The notes below the pieces were generated by a model. It was given only the letters and a program-made list of their open reading frames with translations. It did not search any database and had not been told where the DNA came from. Both the position numbers and the translations under genes were made by a program. Shown piece after piece: positions 1 to 10,039 of a stretch of DNA of 64,000 nt. How positions within the stretch are numbered: the stretch's first letter is position 1; every line of letters begins with the position of its first letter. Source of the stretch: Smithellaceae bacterium (GTDB lineage Bacteria; Desulfobacterota; Syntrophia; Syntrophales; Smithellaceae); contig CAXXVL010000002.1 in NCBI GenBank assembly GCA_963667845.2, positions 2,048,001 to 2,112,000 of the forward strand, given 5' to 3'.

Positions 1-1320
1 CTTTAAAACGGTCTCGATAATCTTTTCGGCCTCCTGGTACTCGAGGCAGGCGTTGATATCTCCGGCGAAGGCCGGGTCGCAGCGCACGTAGACCACGAAG
101 TCGATGTCCGACGTGGTTTCGGCAAGCCCCATGTTGGTTGACCCCATGACGTCCATGGCGATATCACCCTGCACATTTTCATCAATCAGCCGCGCGATCT
201 CTTCGAGTTTTTCGAGGCGCTCATCCGTGGCTTGGGTCTGGAACGTCCGGTAAAACTGCTTGATTTCATTATACAGCCGGACTTCCGGGATGTGGGAATA
301 CTTGCTTTCCTTCATGTCGAAGTTGCGCCCCTCTTTGAGGGCCGCATATCGTTCAGTGTCCACAAGGGATTCCTGCCACCGGCCGTTCTCGGGATAGTAA
401 TCGGCAATGTCATGAATGCGGTCGCCGACCAGCTTCCGAAAGACGATTTTTTCCACCTGTCGGCCCTCCATCTCGATGGTGTAAAAGAAGCCGCCCTCAG
501 CGACGCCGCCGGTCAGCGTTGTGACTTCACCGAAATTGGAGGGGTTGAGATAGATCGTATTTTCCGTCATCTGAAACCCCCAGTCCATGTGGACATGGCC
601 GGTCAGGCACATCAACACCTGATTGTTGTCGCAATAGTGCCGGAGGGCCGACGAGCCTGACGTTCCGAATTGATTTACCCGGTCGTGAACGCCGTGAGCC
701 GGCTGGTGGGTGACGATGATATCGGGCTTCACGGCTTTGAAGAAATTGTACATTTCATTGCGGCCGCTCTCGAAGGGCACGTCTCCCTGGTAACGCACGA
801 CGTAGCGCTCCGGGACGCCCGGTGTCCAGATGTCCGCGCCTCCGTACCCGGCGATTTTCAAATCCTTCATGCTGTGCCAGTGCAGATGGAGGTCTCTTTC
901 GTGCAGGGCGGTGTATTTCAGATCCATGTCGTAATTGCCGGGCAGGGCGAACATCTGGGCCTTCGGTTTGATGGAAAGAATGTTTTCGAGCACCTTGTAT
1001 TTTTGCTGCAGGACGCGGCGCGCGCGGATGGTGTACTGCTGATACTTCGTCCCGTTTTCTTCGATTTCCGCCGACAGGTCCGGCATATCGAGCAGCTCAT
1101 CCACAAAGTCCTCGATGGTCATCGATTCCTTATGCATGCGAATGCGCAGACCGTGAAAATAGGACTGCAGTTCGTGGTAGTGAATGGCAGTGGCCATGTT
1201 GTAGAACGGAATATCGATCAGGTCACCGGCGATAATGAAAACGTCGGCCACCGTTTCGGACAATAATTGTTTGACGCGGTCAAACGCCCCGTGAATGTCG
1301 GCGATATAAATAATTCTCAA
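1..1320 (-). CDS. Calcineurin-like metallophosphoesterase fused to a pol-beta-type nucleotidyltransferase domain (3' end runs off the window)
   Basis: Hand translation from TTG at 1320 (RBS AGGAGG upstream) is open to position 1. Motifs: IYIADIHG, AGDLID, LPGNYD, IVTHQP, LTGHVH, then VMGSTNMGLAETTSDIDFVVY. Absent from the ORF track because there is no stop in the window. Confidence 0.85.
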   Translation of the reverse strand, partial: MRIIYIADIHGAFDRVKQLLSETVADVFIIAGDLIDIPFYNMATAIHYHELQSYFHGLRIRMHKESMTIEDFVDELLDMPDLSAEIEENGTKYQQYTIRARRVLQQKYKVLENILSIKPKAQMFALPGNYDMDLKYTALHERDLHLHWHSMKDLKIAGYGGADIWTPGVPERYVVRYQGDVPFESGRNEMYNFFKAVKPDIIVTHQPAHGVHDRVNQFGTSGSSALRHYCDNNQVLMCLTGHVHMDWGFQMTENTIYLNPSNFGEVTTLTGGVAEGGFFYTIEMEGRQVEKIVFRKLVGDRIHDIADYYPENGRWQESLVDTERYAALKEGRNFDMKESKYSHIPEVRLYNEIKQFYRTFQTQATDERLEKLEEIARLIDENVQGDIAMDVMGSTNMGLAETTSDIDFVVYVRCDPAFAGDINACLEYQEAEKIIETVLK

Positions 1321-1448
1321 AAAAAATATCCTCCTGATGTCAAAGATGACGCAATCGACTAAGCGTAAGTTAAAACGATTGCGGCCCTAATATAATCTGT
1401 ACCGTCCGGTATTGCAACATCGCAATGAACGGGCAACCGCCGGACGAT

Positions 1449-2630
1449 TCACCGCGTCTCTCTTACGGAGCGGATGAGGAGCGGCGCCAGGCACACGCAG
1501 GCGGCGGCAAATATAAAAAGCGCTCTGAGGCCCATGGCCGCGGACAGCAGACCGCCGGCCAGCGGTCCGATCAGGTTGCCGATTAAATAGCCGCTTTGAA
1601 ACATGCCGTAAATGCCGCCCCGCTCATGCTCGTCCGTGGCGTGGCGAACGGTCGAATTGATGACCGGCAGCATGCCGGAAACAAAAAGCCCCAATCCCGC
1701 CCGCAGGGCCGCGAGCTGATACGCATTGGTGACAAAGGCCTGCGGCAATAGAAAAATAATCGTTCCCAGCGCGGCGATCATCAAAACTTTTCTTGGGCCC
1801 AGCGTGTCCGACCGTTTGCCCCAGAACGGAGCGGACAGAGCGCTCATGAGCCCGGTGATGCCGAAGACCAGGCCGCTTACGAGACCCACATAGGCCTGGG
1901 GGACTTTCAGATACTCCACGTACAGGCTGATAAAAGGGGCGATGAAAAATACGGAAAATTGCACCAGGATGAGGAGCAGAAACAGACTGCGCAACTCCGG
2001 GGATTGAAGAATCCGGTTAAAATTGTGCTTGAGCCTGGCGAGCCCCGGTCCGATGATCGGCTTAAAATCTTCATGAACGTAGAGATAAACGACGGCGGCC
2101 CCGATGGCGCACAGCAGGCCCGTCGTGAAAAAAATGGGGCGGATGCCGGCAAAGTGCATGAAGACGCCGCCCAGAAAAGGACCGAGAATCAGACTCGATA
2201 CCAGCGCCGACTGCAAAGTTCCCAGGGCATAGCCGGTTTTTTCCGGCGGTGAAGACGACGCCATGAGCGCCAGCGACGGGGCGATGAAACCGGAAAGCAG
2301 TCCCTGAAACAGGCGGCACAGCACAAACTGCGGCGCGCTTTGCGCGAAACCCATCAGAACATTGGCCAGGGCAAGCCCCATCATGGCCCGGACGATCATC
2401 ATTTTCCGTCCGTAACGGTCGCCCAGGATCCCCCAAAGCGGCTGCATGAACGCCGAGATCACGAAGGGAGCGGCATAGGCGACGCCGCTCCAGATTTTCA
2501 CGGACTTGTCACCGGAGATTCCCAGATCGCGCAGGTAAAACGGAAGAAAAGGGGTAACGAGGCTGAGGCCCATTGCGGCGATGAACTGTGCGCACCAGAG
2601 GCTGTAAAGATTTTTTTTCCAGGATTCCAT
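1449..2630 (-). CDS. MFS transporter, DHA1/MdtG-like multidrug efflux
   Basis: MESWKKNLYSLW start, WGILGDRYGRK MFS motif A, about 12 hydrophobic segments. Start trimmed from 2726. Confidence 0.9.
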   Translation of the reverse strand: MESWKKNLYSLWCAQFIAAMGLSLVTPFLPFYLRDLGISGDKSVKIWSGVAYAAPFVISAFMQPLWGILGDRYGRKMMIVRAMMGLALANVLMGFAQSAPQFVLCRLFQGLLSGFIAPSLALMASSSPPEKTGYALGTLQSALVSSLILGPFLGGVFMHFAGIRPIFFTTGLLCAIGAAVVYLYVHEDFKPIIGPGLARLKHNFNRILQSPELRSLFLLLILVQFSVFFIAPFISLYVEYLKVPQAYVGLVSGLVFGITGLMSALSAPFWGKRSDTLGPRKVLMIAALGTIIFLLPQAFVTNAYQLAALRAGLGLFVSGMLPVINSTVRHATDEHERGGIYGMFQSGYLIGNLIGPLAGGLLSAAMGLRALFIFAAACVCLAPLLIRSVRETR

Positions 2631-2838
2631 TTTATCGAATGCAGAAACGTCTTGCGCGTTTCGCCTAAGACCTATTCTTTTGTCGTCTTTGTTCGTCACG
2701 CTCTCACAGCTTTGGGGAAAAGTCAAATGATCGGCCCCAAGCCGTATTGCTTTTCACCAGCCCCGATCTTATATTGAAAGCGTGAGGGAGCGAGCGCTTT
2801 GTCAAAATTAATCTAATCACCTTTAAAGGAGAGGCAAG

Positions 2839-3294
2839 ATGGAAGATGTTTTATCTGCTTGTTCGGTAACGATGAATATTCCGGTGGCCTGGGGCGAAAT
2901 GGATTCCATGGGTCACGTCAACAATATTATTTATTTTCGCTATTTTGAAACGGTCAGAATTGAATACTTCAACCGTCTGGACATGCTGGGCTATCAGCGC
3001 GAATCGGGCATCGGGCCGATCCTCGCCTCCACCGAATGCCGCTACAAAATGCCCCTGCAGTACCCCGATACCGTTATCGCCGGGACCAAAATCCTCAGCA
3101 TGGAAGAGGACCGGTTCGTCATGGGCTACGAAGTTTTCAGCACGAAACACAAAAGAATAGCCGCCGACGGCGAGGGTGTGATTGTAACTTACGACTACCG
3201 CAATAACACCAAGGTTCCCATTCCCGCGGCCCTCAGAGCAAAAATCATGGACCTGGAAAAGATAGGCGATGATCCCAAGATGGTGGGACTGTAA
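2839..3294 (+). CDS. Acyl-CoA thioesterase (4HBT/YbgC hotdog fold)
   Basis: EMDSMGHVNNIIYFRYFE motif; RBS AGGAGAGG. Confidence 0.9.
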   Translation: MEDVLSACSVTMNIPVAWGEMDSMGHVNNIIYFRYFETVRIEYFNRLDMLGYQRESGIGPILASTECRYKMPLQYPDTVIAGTKILSMEEDRFVMGYEVFSTKHKRIAADGEGVIVTYDYRNNTKVPIPAALRAKIMDLEKIGDDPKMVGL

Positions 3295-3308
3295 TTCGAA
3301 ATAGGCTA

Positions 3309-5024
3309 TTACCGCAACCGTCCTTTTGCCTCTTCAAAAACGGACTGATATTTATCGAAGCCCGCGGGCAGAGCAATGGCATCGTCAAAGCGCAGGGCGT
3401 TCTGAAAATAAGCCAATCCCTTGAGATGGAGTCTTCGGGCCTCGTTGATATTGGCCGGATTGATCCGCGCCAGATTGCTGATGCCCAGGTATATGTAAGC
3501 TGAAGCAATATGTCCTGATCCCCGGATCTTCGTCGTTTTCTCGAAATAACGGGCAGCCTCATCGTATCGTCCGCCCTGAAAGAGCGTTTGAGCTTTTCTG
3601 TAATCGTCCTCACCCGGGTCATGCTCGTCCGGGATCTCTTCCGGGAGATCGGAAACGGCTTTGTCTTCTGTTTTCCCCTTTTGCGGCTGCGGCGGTTTCA
3701 TTTTCTCCTGGAGACTGGCGATGACTCTTCGCGCTTTCTGGAGAAGCGCCAGCACGTCCTCATCCCCCGGGTTATCGCGCAAGGCCAGATTCACGGTGGC
3801 TTTGAACGCGTTGATCATTTTGATAATTTGCGGCGCATTCTTCCTGCGATAACTTGCCCGGTCAGCGGCTTCCATCTGACGCAGAATTTCCCGGGCGGTT
3901 TTTTCCCGTGCGCGGGTTTCTTCTTCAATCAGCCGCCAGGCCGCGGTGTTCAGCCGCCGCACCCGGGAGGGGTCGAAATCGGCAATCAGCATGCCCGAAA
4001 GATGATCGCGGAATTTGTCCCAGTCCTTCTTCTCGATGGCCGATTTGGCTTGCTGAAACCGGGTCTCCGTCTTATCGCCGGCCAGCTTTTGCAGCGCCTG
4101 GCAGACGTCGGAAGTCTCCTTCCCGGCCGGTTCGGCGTTATGCAGACGATTGCAGGCCCGCAAAGCCCTGGCCGGATTTCTGTCTTTCTCCGTATTTAAA
4201 ATGGCATGCTGCGTGGCGATATAAGAGCGAAGAGAGGCATCCGTGTTTTGGGCAAGCTTCTTCGACCATTTCTTTGCCTCCTCTTCATTTTCGTTTATGC
4301 CGGCCGCGCCTTTATATAATTCGCATAGCTTCACCTGAGAGGGCATTTCCGTCTCGGCGCTTTTCTGATACCAGAGGAGCGCTTCCCCGGGAGAAGCGGG
4401 TGCCAGTTTTCCCTCGAGATAAATGTTTCCCAGCGCAGCCTGCGCCTTGGCGTTTCCCTGCCGGGCGGCTTTTTGATACCAGAGAAGTGCTTCCCGGGGA
4501 TTCACGGGCGTCCCGGCGCCTTCCTGGTAAACCCAGCCCAGGATGAACTGGGCGGCCGGGTTTCCCTTTTGGGCGCTTTGCCGGTATTTTTTAATTCTCT
4601 TCGAGAATTCCGGCGCAAGTCCCCTGTCTTTCAGATACAGCGAGGCGAGCATAATTTGGGATTTTTCATATCCCGATTCAGCGGATCTGAAGAGCCATTT
4701 CAGGGATTCGGCCGTGTTCTGATTGACGCCTGCGCCCCGTTCATACATGACACCCAGATAAAACTGCGCCTCCGGGTCGTCCTGATCTGCCGCCAGTTGA
4801 TACCACCCGGCGGCGATTTTCTGATCTGCGGAAACGTCTGCGCCAAACTCATAAGCTTCGCCGATCAGGACCCGGGACCGGGCATCGCCCTTTTGCGCCG
4901 ATATCCGGAGATGATCGATATCCTCCCGGGTAAGCCGGGCCGGGGCACACGAAATGAGACAGGAAGCCACCGCCCACATGAAGATGATGAGCAATAGTAT
5001 TTTTATTCTTCCTTTGGATTGCAT
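3309..5024 (-). CDS. Sel1-repeat/TPR lipoprotein
   Basis: Lipobox-like LISC; repeated AQFYLGVMYERGAGV / AQFILGWVYQEGAG Sel1 units; C-terminal TPR-like helices. Confidence 0.85.
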   Translation of the reverse strand: MQSKGRIKILLLIIFMWAVASCLISCAPARLTREDIDHLRISAQKGDARSRVLIGEAYEFGADVSADQKIAAGWYQLAADQDDPEAQFYLGVMYERGAGVNQNTAESLKWLFRSAESGYEKSQIMLASLYLKDRGLAPEFSKRIKKYRQSAQKGNPAAQFILGWVYQEGAGTPVNPREALLWYQKAARQGNAKAQAALGNIYLEGKLAPASPGEALLWYQKSAETEMPSQVKLCELYKGAAGINENEEEAKKWSKKLAQNTDASLRSYIATQHAILNTEKDRNPARALRACNRLHNAEPAGKETSDVCQALQKLAGDKTETRFQQAKSAIEKKDWDKFRDHLSGMLIADFDPSRVRRLNTAAWRLIEEETRAREKTAREILRQMEAADRASYRRKNAPQIIKMINAFKATVNLALRDNPGDEDVLALLQKARRVIASLQEKMKPPQPQKGKTEDKAVSDLPEEIPDEHDPGEDDYRKAQTLFQGGRYDEAARYFEKTTKIRGSGHIASAYIYLGISNLARINPANINEARRLHLKGLAYFQNALRFDDAIALPAGFDKYQSVFEEAKGRLR

Positions 5025-5168
5025 GGACGAAGGTTACCTTTGTTGCAGCAAAAATGCAAGGATCGGGGATTCTTTATAAAGAAATACAAAAATGGATTGA
5101 ATAATTTCACACATTGTGCTTAATTTTTCCCTATATCTATCAAGCTATTAGGCCTCCGGATAAAAAAC

Positions 5169-6674
5169 ATGCCCGAAAATGGAAAAACGATTGAGAGTGT
5201 TGCGCAAATCCATGGCTTTGAGATCGTCGGACTGATTTCAAATAAGGGCGGGATGGCTGATGTCTATGAGGCGTATCAATTATCCGTCGGAAGGCGGGTT
5301 GCCGCCAAAAAGATTAAGTCCCGTTTCATCCATGATGAGAATATCAAGAGCCGGTTTGAGAAAGAGGCGAAACTGCTTGGTCAGTTGAACCATGCCAATA
5401 TTATCCAGGTTATAGATTTCAGCAATGAACATCTGACGCTGTTTATGGAATTTATCGAGGGGAAGCCTCTTGATGAAATCCTTGCCGATAAGGGAGAGTT
5501 ATCGCTTGATGAATCGTTGCGGATCATTTCGGAAGTTCTGGCCGGCCTGCATTACGCGCACCAGCATCATATCATCCATCGCGACATCAAGCCGGAAAAC
5601 ATTTTTTTAACCGACGACGGCCGGGCCAAAATCGCCGACTTTGGAATTGCGAGCATCCTGGGCGGAAGCGACGGGGCGCCTGCAGCAGAAAGCGGCAGTT
5701 GGGCAGGAACCCCTTCTTACATTTCGCCGGAACAGATTAGAGGAGAAGAAACGGGCCCCCGGGCGGATATTTACTCTACCGGCATTACTCTGTACCGGCT
5801 GGTGACCGGAAAACTTCCGTTTGTCGGCGATGATGTCCTTGAGACCGCCGTGATGCAGCTAAACGAAATCCCCGTTCCCCCGCAGGAAATTGCTCCGCAG
5901 ATCTCATCGGAATTAAGCCGCATCATTCTCAAAGCGATGACCAAGTCTCCTGAGGATCGCTTCCCCACGGCGCTGGATTTCAAAGAAGCGCTGGACCGGC
6001 TTCGCTATCCCCGGAAGGATAAGGCTTATTTGCAGGAAGCCAAAGCGGAGTGGGAAAAATCCGGACTCGAACGCCTGACGGCAAGGAAACGCCGTTTGCT
6101 CAATTCCATCAAACTTTCGCAAATGGCGCTTACGGAGAATCCCGATTTGCCGGAAGCAAAGCGGATTCTTGATGACGCCCGCGAGGATTTAAAAAGAATC
6201 AAATGGAAAGAATATGTGATCCTCGGCGTCACCAGCCTTGTGATTGTGGGGGTCATTGCTTATTTGATTTTGCGGCTCTCGAGCGGTGTCGGCAAACTGG
6301 ACATCTTCACCAATGAAGCAGCAAACGTCTACCTGGACGGGGTCAAGATCGGAACGGCTCCTTTCGTCTTTCAAAATATTCCTTCCGGGCGTCATAAAAT
6401 TGCGGTTGAGCAGCCGGGTTTCTATCGATCACCGGACAAAGACATCGTGATCGGGAAAGGTCGACTGCTGACCCTCAACGAGGTTATCCCCAGCGGCGGC
6501 ATGGTCATGGTCACGTCTGCGCGGCCCGGGATAACGGTGAAAATCGACGGGGTGGATATCGGGCAAACGCCCCTGTCGAAGAAGCTTGTCATCGGCCGCC
6601 ACAGGATTGAAGTAGCCGGAATAGCCCGGGACGTCGTTATTCAGGAGAATGATAATCTCACCGTGGTTTTCTGA
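5169..6674 (+). CDS. Hanks-type Ser/Thr protein kinase with TM helix and C-terminal PEGA domains
   Basis: GGMADVY, VAAKK, HRDIKPEN, DFG, GTPSYISPEQ motifs; TM segment; ANVYLDGVKIGTAP PEGA-like repeats. Confidence 0.93.
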   Translation: MPENGKTIESVAQIHGFEIVGLISNKGGMADVYEAYQLSVGRRVAAKKIKSRFIHDENIKSRFEKEAKLLGQLNHANIIQVIDFSNEHLTLFMEFIEGKPLDEILADKGELSLDESLRIISEVLAGLHYAHQHHIIHRDIKPENIFLTDDGRAKIADFGIASILGGSDGAPAAESGSWAGTPSYISPEQIRGEETGPRADIYSTGITLYRLVTGKLPFVGDDVLETAVMQLNEIPVPPQEIAPQISSELSRIILKAMTKSPEDRFPTALDFKEALDRLRYPRKDKAYLQEAKAEWEKSGLERLTARKRRLLNSIKLSQMALTENPDLPEAKRILDDAREDLKRIKWKEYVILGVTSLVIVGVIAYLILRLSSGVGKLDIFTNEAANVYLDGVKIGTAPFVFQNIPSGRHKIAVEQPGFYRSPDKDIVIGKGRLLTLNEVIPSGGMVMVTSARPGITVKIDGVDIGQTPLSKKLVIGRHRIEVAGIARDVVIQENDNLTVVF

Positions 6675-6846
6675 TCCCGCGGTTAAATGGAATCTGCGCC
6701 CGACAGGGCGTGAAGTTGCGGCCTGGTATAACCGCACCTTGCGGCGTTTGCCTGTCTTATGATACAAACGGGCTGATTCAAAAACAGATTCAAAGACGAA
6801 TGCAAAGACATATGATCTCACTTCACGCTGACACCAGGAGGAATCG

Positions 6847-7641
6847 TTGATATTAACTGCCGCGGGGAAAACCGATCGAGGTCTGGCGCGCACCAAAAAC
6901 GAAGATCATATTTATATCGATGCGGGACTCGGTCTTCTTGCCGTAGCGGACGGGATGGGCGGACACAGGTCGGGAGAGACCGCGAGCAGGCTTGCGGTGG
7001 AAGCCGTGCGCGACTTCTTTCATAAAGATCAACAGGTGACAGGCCCGCGGGATTCTTCTTATTCCGAAACAACAAACCGCCTGGGCGCCGCCATTCTGCT
7101 TGCCAACCGGACCGTCTATGAGGCGGCGCAAAAGTCGCCCGGATTAAGCGGCATGGGGACGACGATTGCGGCTGCCGTACTCAGGGGGAATCAAGTAAGT
7201 TTTGCGCACGTCGGCGACAGCCGCATATATCTGGTCAGATCCGGGAGTATCATGCAGTTGACCGACGATCATTCGCTGGTCCAGGAACAAGTCAGGCACG
7301 ACCGGATTACAAGGGAAGAAGCGGCGCTCTCCGTGATGAAAAATATTCTGACGCGGGCCGTGGGAATCGATTCGGAAGTGATTGCCGACTTAAGCGAGTT
7401 GACCGTTTTGCAGGGAGACATCCTGCTTTTATGCAGCGACGGACTCTATAACATGGTTTCGGACGAGGAGATGCTGGAAATCATTTCCCGTGCCGGCAAC
7501 GTACATGCCGCGAGTGAATTTCTGGTCGACACGGCCAACGATAACGGCGGTCTGGACAACATTTCGGCGGTTGTCGGTTATATCCATAAAGAAAAATGGT
7601 ATGCATCCTGGTCAACGTTTGTTGACACGTTTCGGAGGTGA
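6847..7641 (+). CDS. PP2C-family Ser/Thr phosphatase (Stp1/PrpC)
   Basis: NED, VADGMGGH, HVGDSR, LCSDGL, GGLDNIS motifs; TTG start with AGGAGG RBS. Confidence 0.93.
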   Translation: MILTAAGKTDRGLARTKNEDHIYIDAGLGLLAVADGMGGHRSGETASRLAVEAVRDFFHKDQQVTGPRDSSYSETTNRLGAAILLANRTVYEAAQKSPGLSGMGTTIAAAVLRGNQVSFAHVGDSRIYLVRSGSIMQLTDDHSLVQEQVRHDRITREEAALSVMKNILTRAVGIDSEVIADLSELTVLQGDILLLCSDGLYNMVSDEEMLEIISRAGNVHAASEFLVDTANDNGGLDNISAVVGYIHKEKWYASWSTFVDTFRR

Positions 7642-7645
7642 CGGA

Positions 7646-8368
7646 TTGGCAAAGATTATACTGAAATACAAAGATGCCCCTATTCAGGAAATTGTTCTGG
7701 ACAAGGGAATTGTGGCGGTCGGCAGGAAACCGGACAATAACATCATCATCGACAATCAGGCCGTATCAGGGCACCATGCCATCATTGAGACCGAAGGGGA
7801 TCAGTTATTCGTTGAAGATCTGAAAAGTCTGAACGGGACCTATCTGAACGGCCGGAGAATTACCCGGGCGGAGCTTTTTAACAAAGACATGGTCCTCATC
7901 GGCGTCCATGCTCTGGAAATCGTGTTTGAGAAGGACCGGCTTGCCGACGCGAAAGCCGCAGCCGGACGCGGACGTTCCATGTTTGAAACGGTCGTCATTA
8001 CACCCGATGAGCAAAAGAAGATTCTCCTGGCGGCCGATCGGGCGGTCCACGATGTTCTGGGGGGTTTTCTGGTCATTAAAGGATCCAGCGAACATAAAGA
8101 TTATATCTTCAAGGAAAAGGTGTCCACCATCGGGAAAGAGAAAGGCTCGGCGATCAGGCTCAGAGGTTTTTTCGCGCCTAAGCGGGCGGCGCTGGTCAAC
8201 CGCCGGAAGGAAGGATATTTCATTGCGCCCACCGGGAGTATAACCATCAAGATCAACGGTCGGGCCATTGATCAGCGCCATGATCTGAAAGACGGCGATA
8301 TCGTGGACATCGGCAGATTGAAATTGCAGTTCTATATCAGGGAACAGCATGTCAAATCCCCGGCCTGA
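7646..8368 (+). CDS. Double FHA-domain protein
   Basis: VGRKPDN...VSGHHA...DLKSLNGT (FHA1) and a degenerate second FHA ending LKDGDIVDIG. Start moved to TTG 7646 after GGAGG. Confidence 0.88.
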   Translation: MAKIILKYKDAPIQEIVLDKGIVAVGRKPDNNIIIDNQAVSGHHAIIETEGDQLFVEDLKSLNGTYLNGRRITRAELFNKDMVLIGVHALEIVFEKDRLADAKAAAGRGRSMFETVVITPDEQKKILLAADRAVHDVLGGFLVIKGSSEHKDYIFKEKVSTIGKEKGSAIRLRGFFAPKRAALVNRRKEGYFIAPTGSITIKINGRAIDQRHDLKDGDIVDIGRLKLQFYIREQHVKSPA

Positions 8369-8386
8369 GTCCGAGACAGCGGTTTC

Positions 8387-8491
8387 GGCTACAGACTATT
8401 AGGCTATTTTCAAGGGCGCGCTTGCCACCCGCAGGTGTGGTCGCGCCCCACCTTTTAACCTAAAAGACTAATAGCCTACAGCCTAACAGCC
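8387..8491. repeat. Intergenic element with TAGGCT/AGCCTA short-repeat arms and central GGGCGC...GCGCCC hairpin
   Basis: Same architecture as 15412-15592. Confidence 0.55.
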
Positions 8492-8518
8492 TTGTATAAC
8501 CATCCCAAAGGAGTCCTC

Positions 8519-10024
8519 ATGAAATCGCCGCATCTTGTGAAACCGGACCTTATCGCGAAACTCAAACTGATCGCGCTGCCCGTACTGATTTGTCTCGTTG
8601 CAGTGACTTACTGGAGCTGCAGCAACGGAGGGACGGCAACAGGCACCCAGCAGATCCTGGCGCGGGTCGAAGTTCCGGGATCCCTGGAGGACTTGAATCT
8701 TCCCGTTTACGCGGATCTCGAAGATGAAGACGGCGTTTACTATGCGCTCGTCATCGCCGCGAAAGCCGAACTGGACCGGGCCTCGGTCTCCTATCGCATC
8801 ATCGATGAGGTCGCGCCCGGAACCCGCTACATTATCGCCTGGGAAGAGGAAGCAGGCGCGCACGAGCAGGCGGCGGGCCTGGTCAGCATCCTTTACGACG
8901 ACGGAGAACACGTCATCGTGCGGTATGAGCGCCAGCTGACGGAGCTTCTTCCGGATCTGGGTTTTGACATCCGGTTGATGAGCCAGGTCCCGATCAACCT
9001 GACCAAGGCCCAGGCAATAGTGGCGGCAAAGTCCCTGTCCGCCATCGCCTCCATTCCTTTAGTGAAGGACGCGGATGTGGATGCCATGATCAAGGCCGTA
9101 AAGGACACGGATATCAAGGAATGGACGGAGCATCTGAGCGGAGAGAAGCCCGTCGAAGTGGACGGGAGCCTCGTGACGCTTTCGTCCCGGCATACATACG
9201 AGACGGGGACAAAAATAGTGCAGGCAACAAAATACGTCTATGATCAGTTGAAGGCGATGGCGCTTACGGTCTCTTTTTCCGCATGGACCTCCGAAGACGA
9301 AATCAGTAACCGCAATGTCGTCGCAGAAATCAAGGGAACAACGAATCCGGACGAAATCGTTATCCTCATCGCACATCTCGATACCGTCTCCAAAGGCGAC
9401 GATGGAATCGAGCCGGGTGCCGACGACAACGCGAGCGGCTGTGTGGGGCTTTTGGCGGCCGCCGACATCATGCGGTTCTATAAGTTCAAGCGCACCATCC
9501 GCTTTGTCTTTACAACCGGTGAGGAGCAGGGCCTGTATGGCGGAACCGCCTATGCGAAAAAAATCGAGAAAGACGAAGAAAATGTCGTGGCGGTATTGAA
9601 TCTCGATATGATCGGTTACAGCAAGAAGACCGATCCGTACGTCAAACCGAAACAGCAGATCAAGATCCGGAACATAAAGAACAAGACAGGTTACACGAGA
9701 GATTTGCCGATCGCCCAGACTTATGTGAAAGTGGTCGGCGCCTATGGCATGGACCAGGTTTTTGACGCCGTCATCGAGGACGACGGTGAGGCCAACAGCG
9801 ACCATTCGCCGTTCTGGGACCTGATGGCCACGTGCTTGAAGCGAAATCCCACCGGCGCCTGTTATCCGGCTGCCTGGGCCATTGAATATGCGGAAGAAGG
9901 GTACATTAATCCGAAGATGCATAGCGCGGATGACAAGCTCGGCATTATGAACCTGGCCTATTACACTGCCGTCGTGCAGGCAGCCCTGGGCACCGCGGCA
10001 CACCTCGCCGAGACGACGAAATAA
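8519..10024 (+). CDS. M28-family aminopeptidase, exported
   Basis: AHLD, GADDNASG, GEEQGL, NLDM, SDH, MHS motifs; start at ATG 8519 after AGGAG. Confidence 0.9.
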   Translation: MKSPHLVKPDLIAKLKLIALPVLICLVAVTYWSCSNGGTATGTQQILARVEVPGSLEDLNLPVYADLEDEDGVYYALVIAAKAELDRASVSYRIIDEVAPGTRYIIAWEEEAGAHEQAAGLVSILYDDGEHVIVRYERQLTELLPDLGFDIRLMSQVPINLTKAQAIVAAKSLSAIASIPLVKDADVDAMIKAVKDTDIKEWTEHLSGEKPVEVDGSLVTLSSRHTYETGTKIVQATKYVYDQLKAMALTVSFSAWTSEDEISNRNVVAEIKGTTNPDEIVILIAHLDTVSKGDDGIEPGADDNASGCVGLLAAADIMRFYKFKRTIRFVFTTGEEQGLYGGTAYAKKIEKDEENVVAVLNLDMIGYSKKTDPYVKPKQQIKIRNIKNKTGYTRDLPIAQTYVKVVGAYGMDQVFDAVIEDDGEANSDHSPFWDLMATCLKRNPTGACYPAAWAIEYAEEGYINPKMHSADDKLGIMNLAYYTAVVQAALGTAAHLAETTK

Positions 10025-10039
10025 GCAATAAGCCCCTGG

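Noticed and set aside
232..1266. Plus-strand ORFs 232-660 and 670-1266
   Set aside because: Antisense shadows of the motif-bearing minus-strand gene 1-1320.
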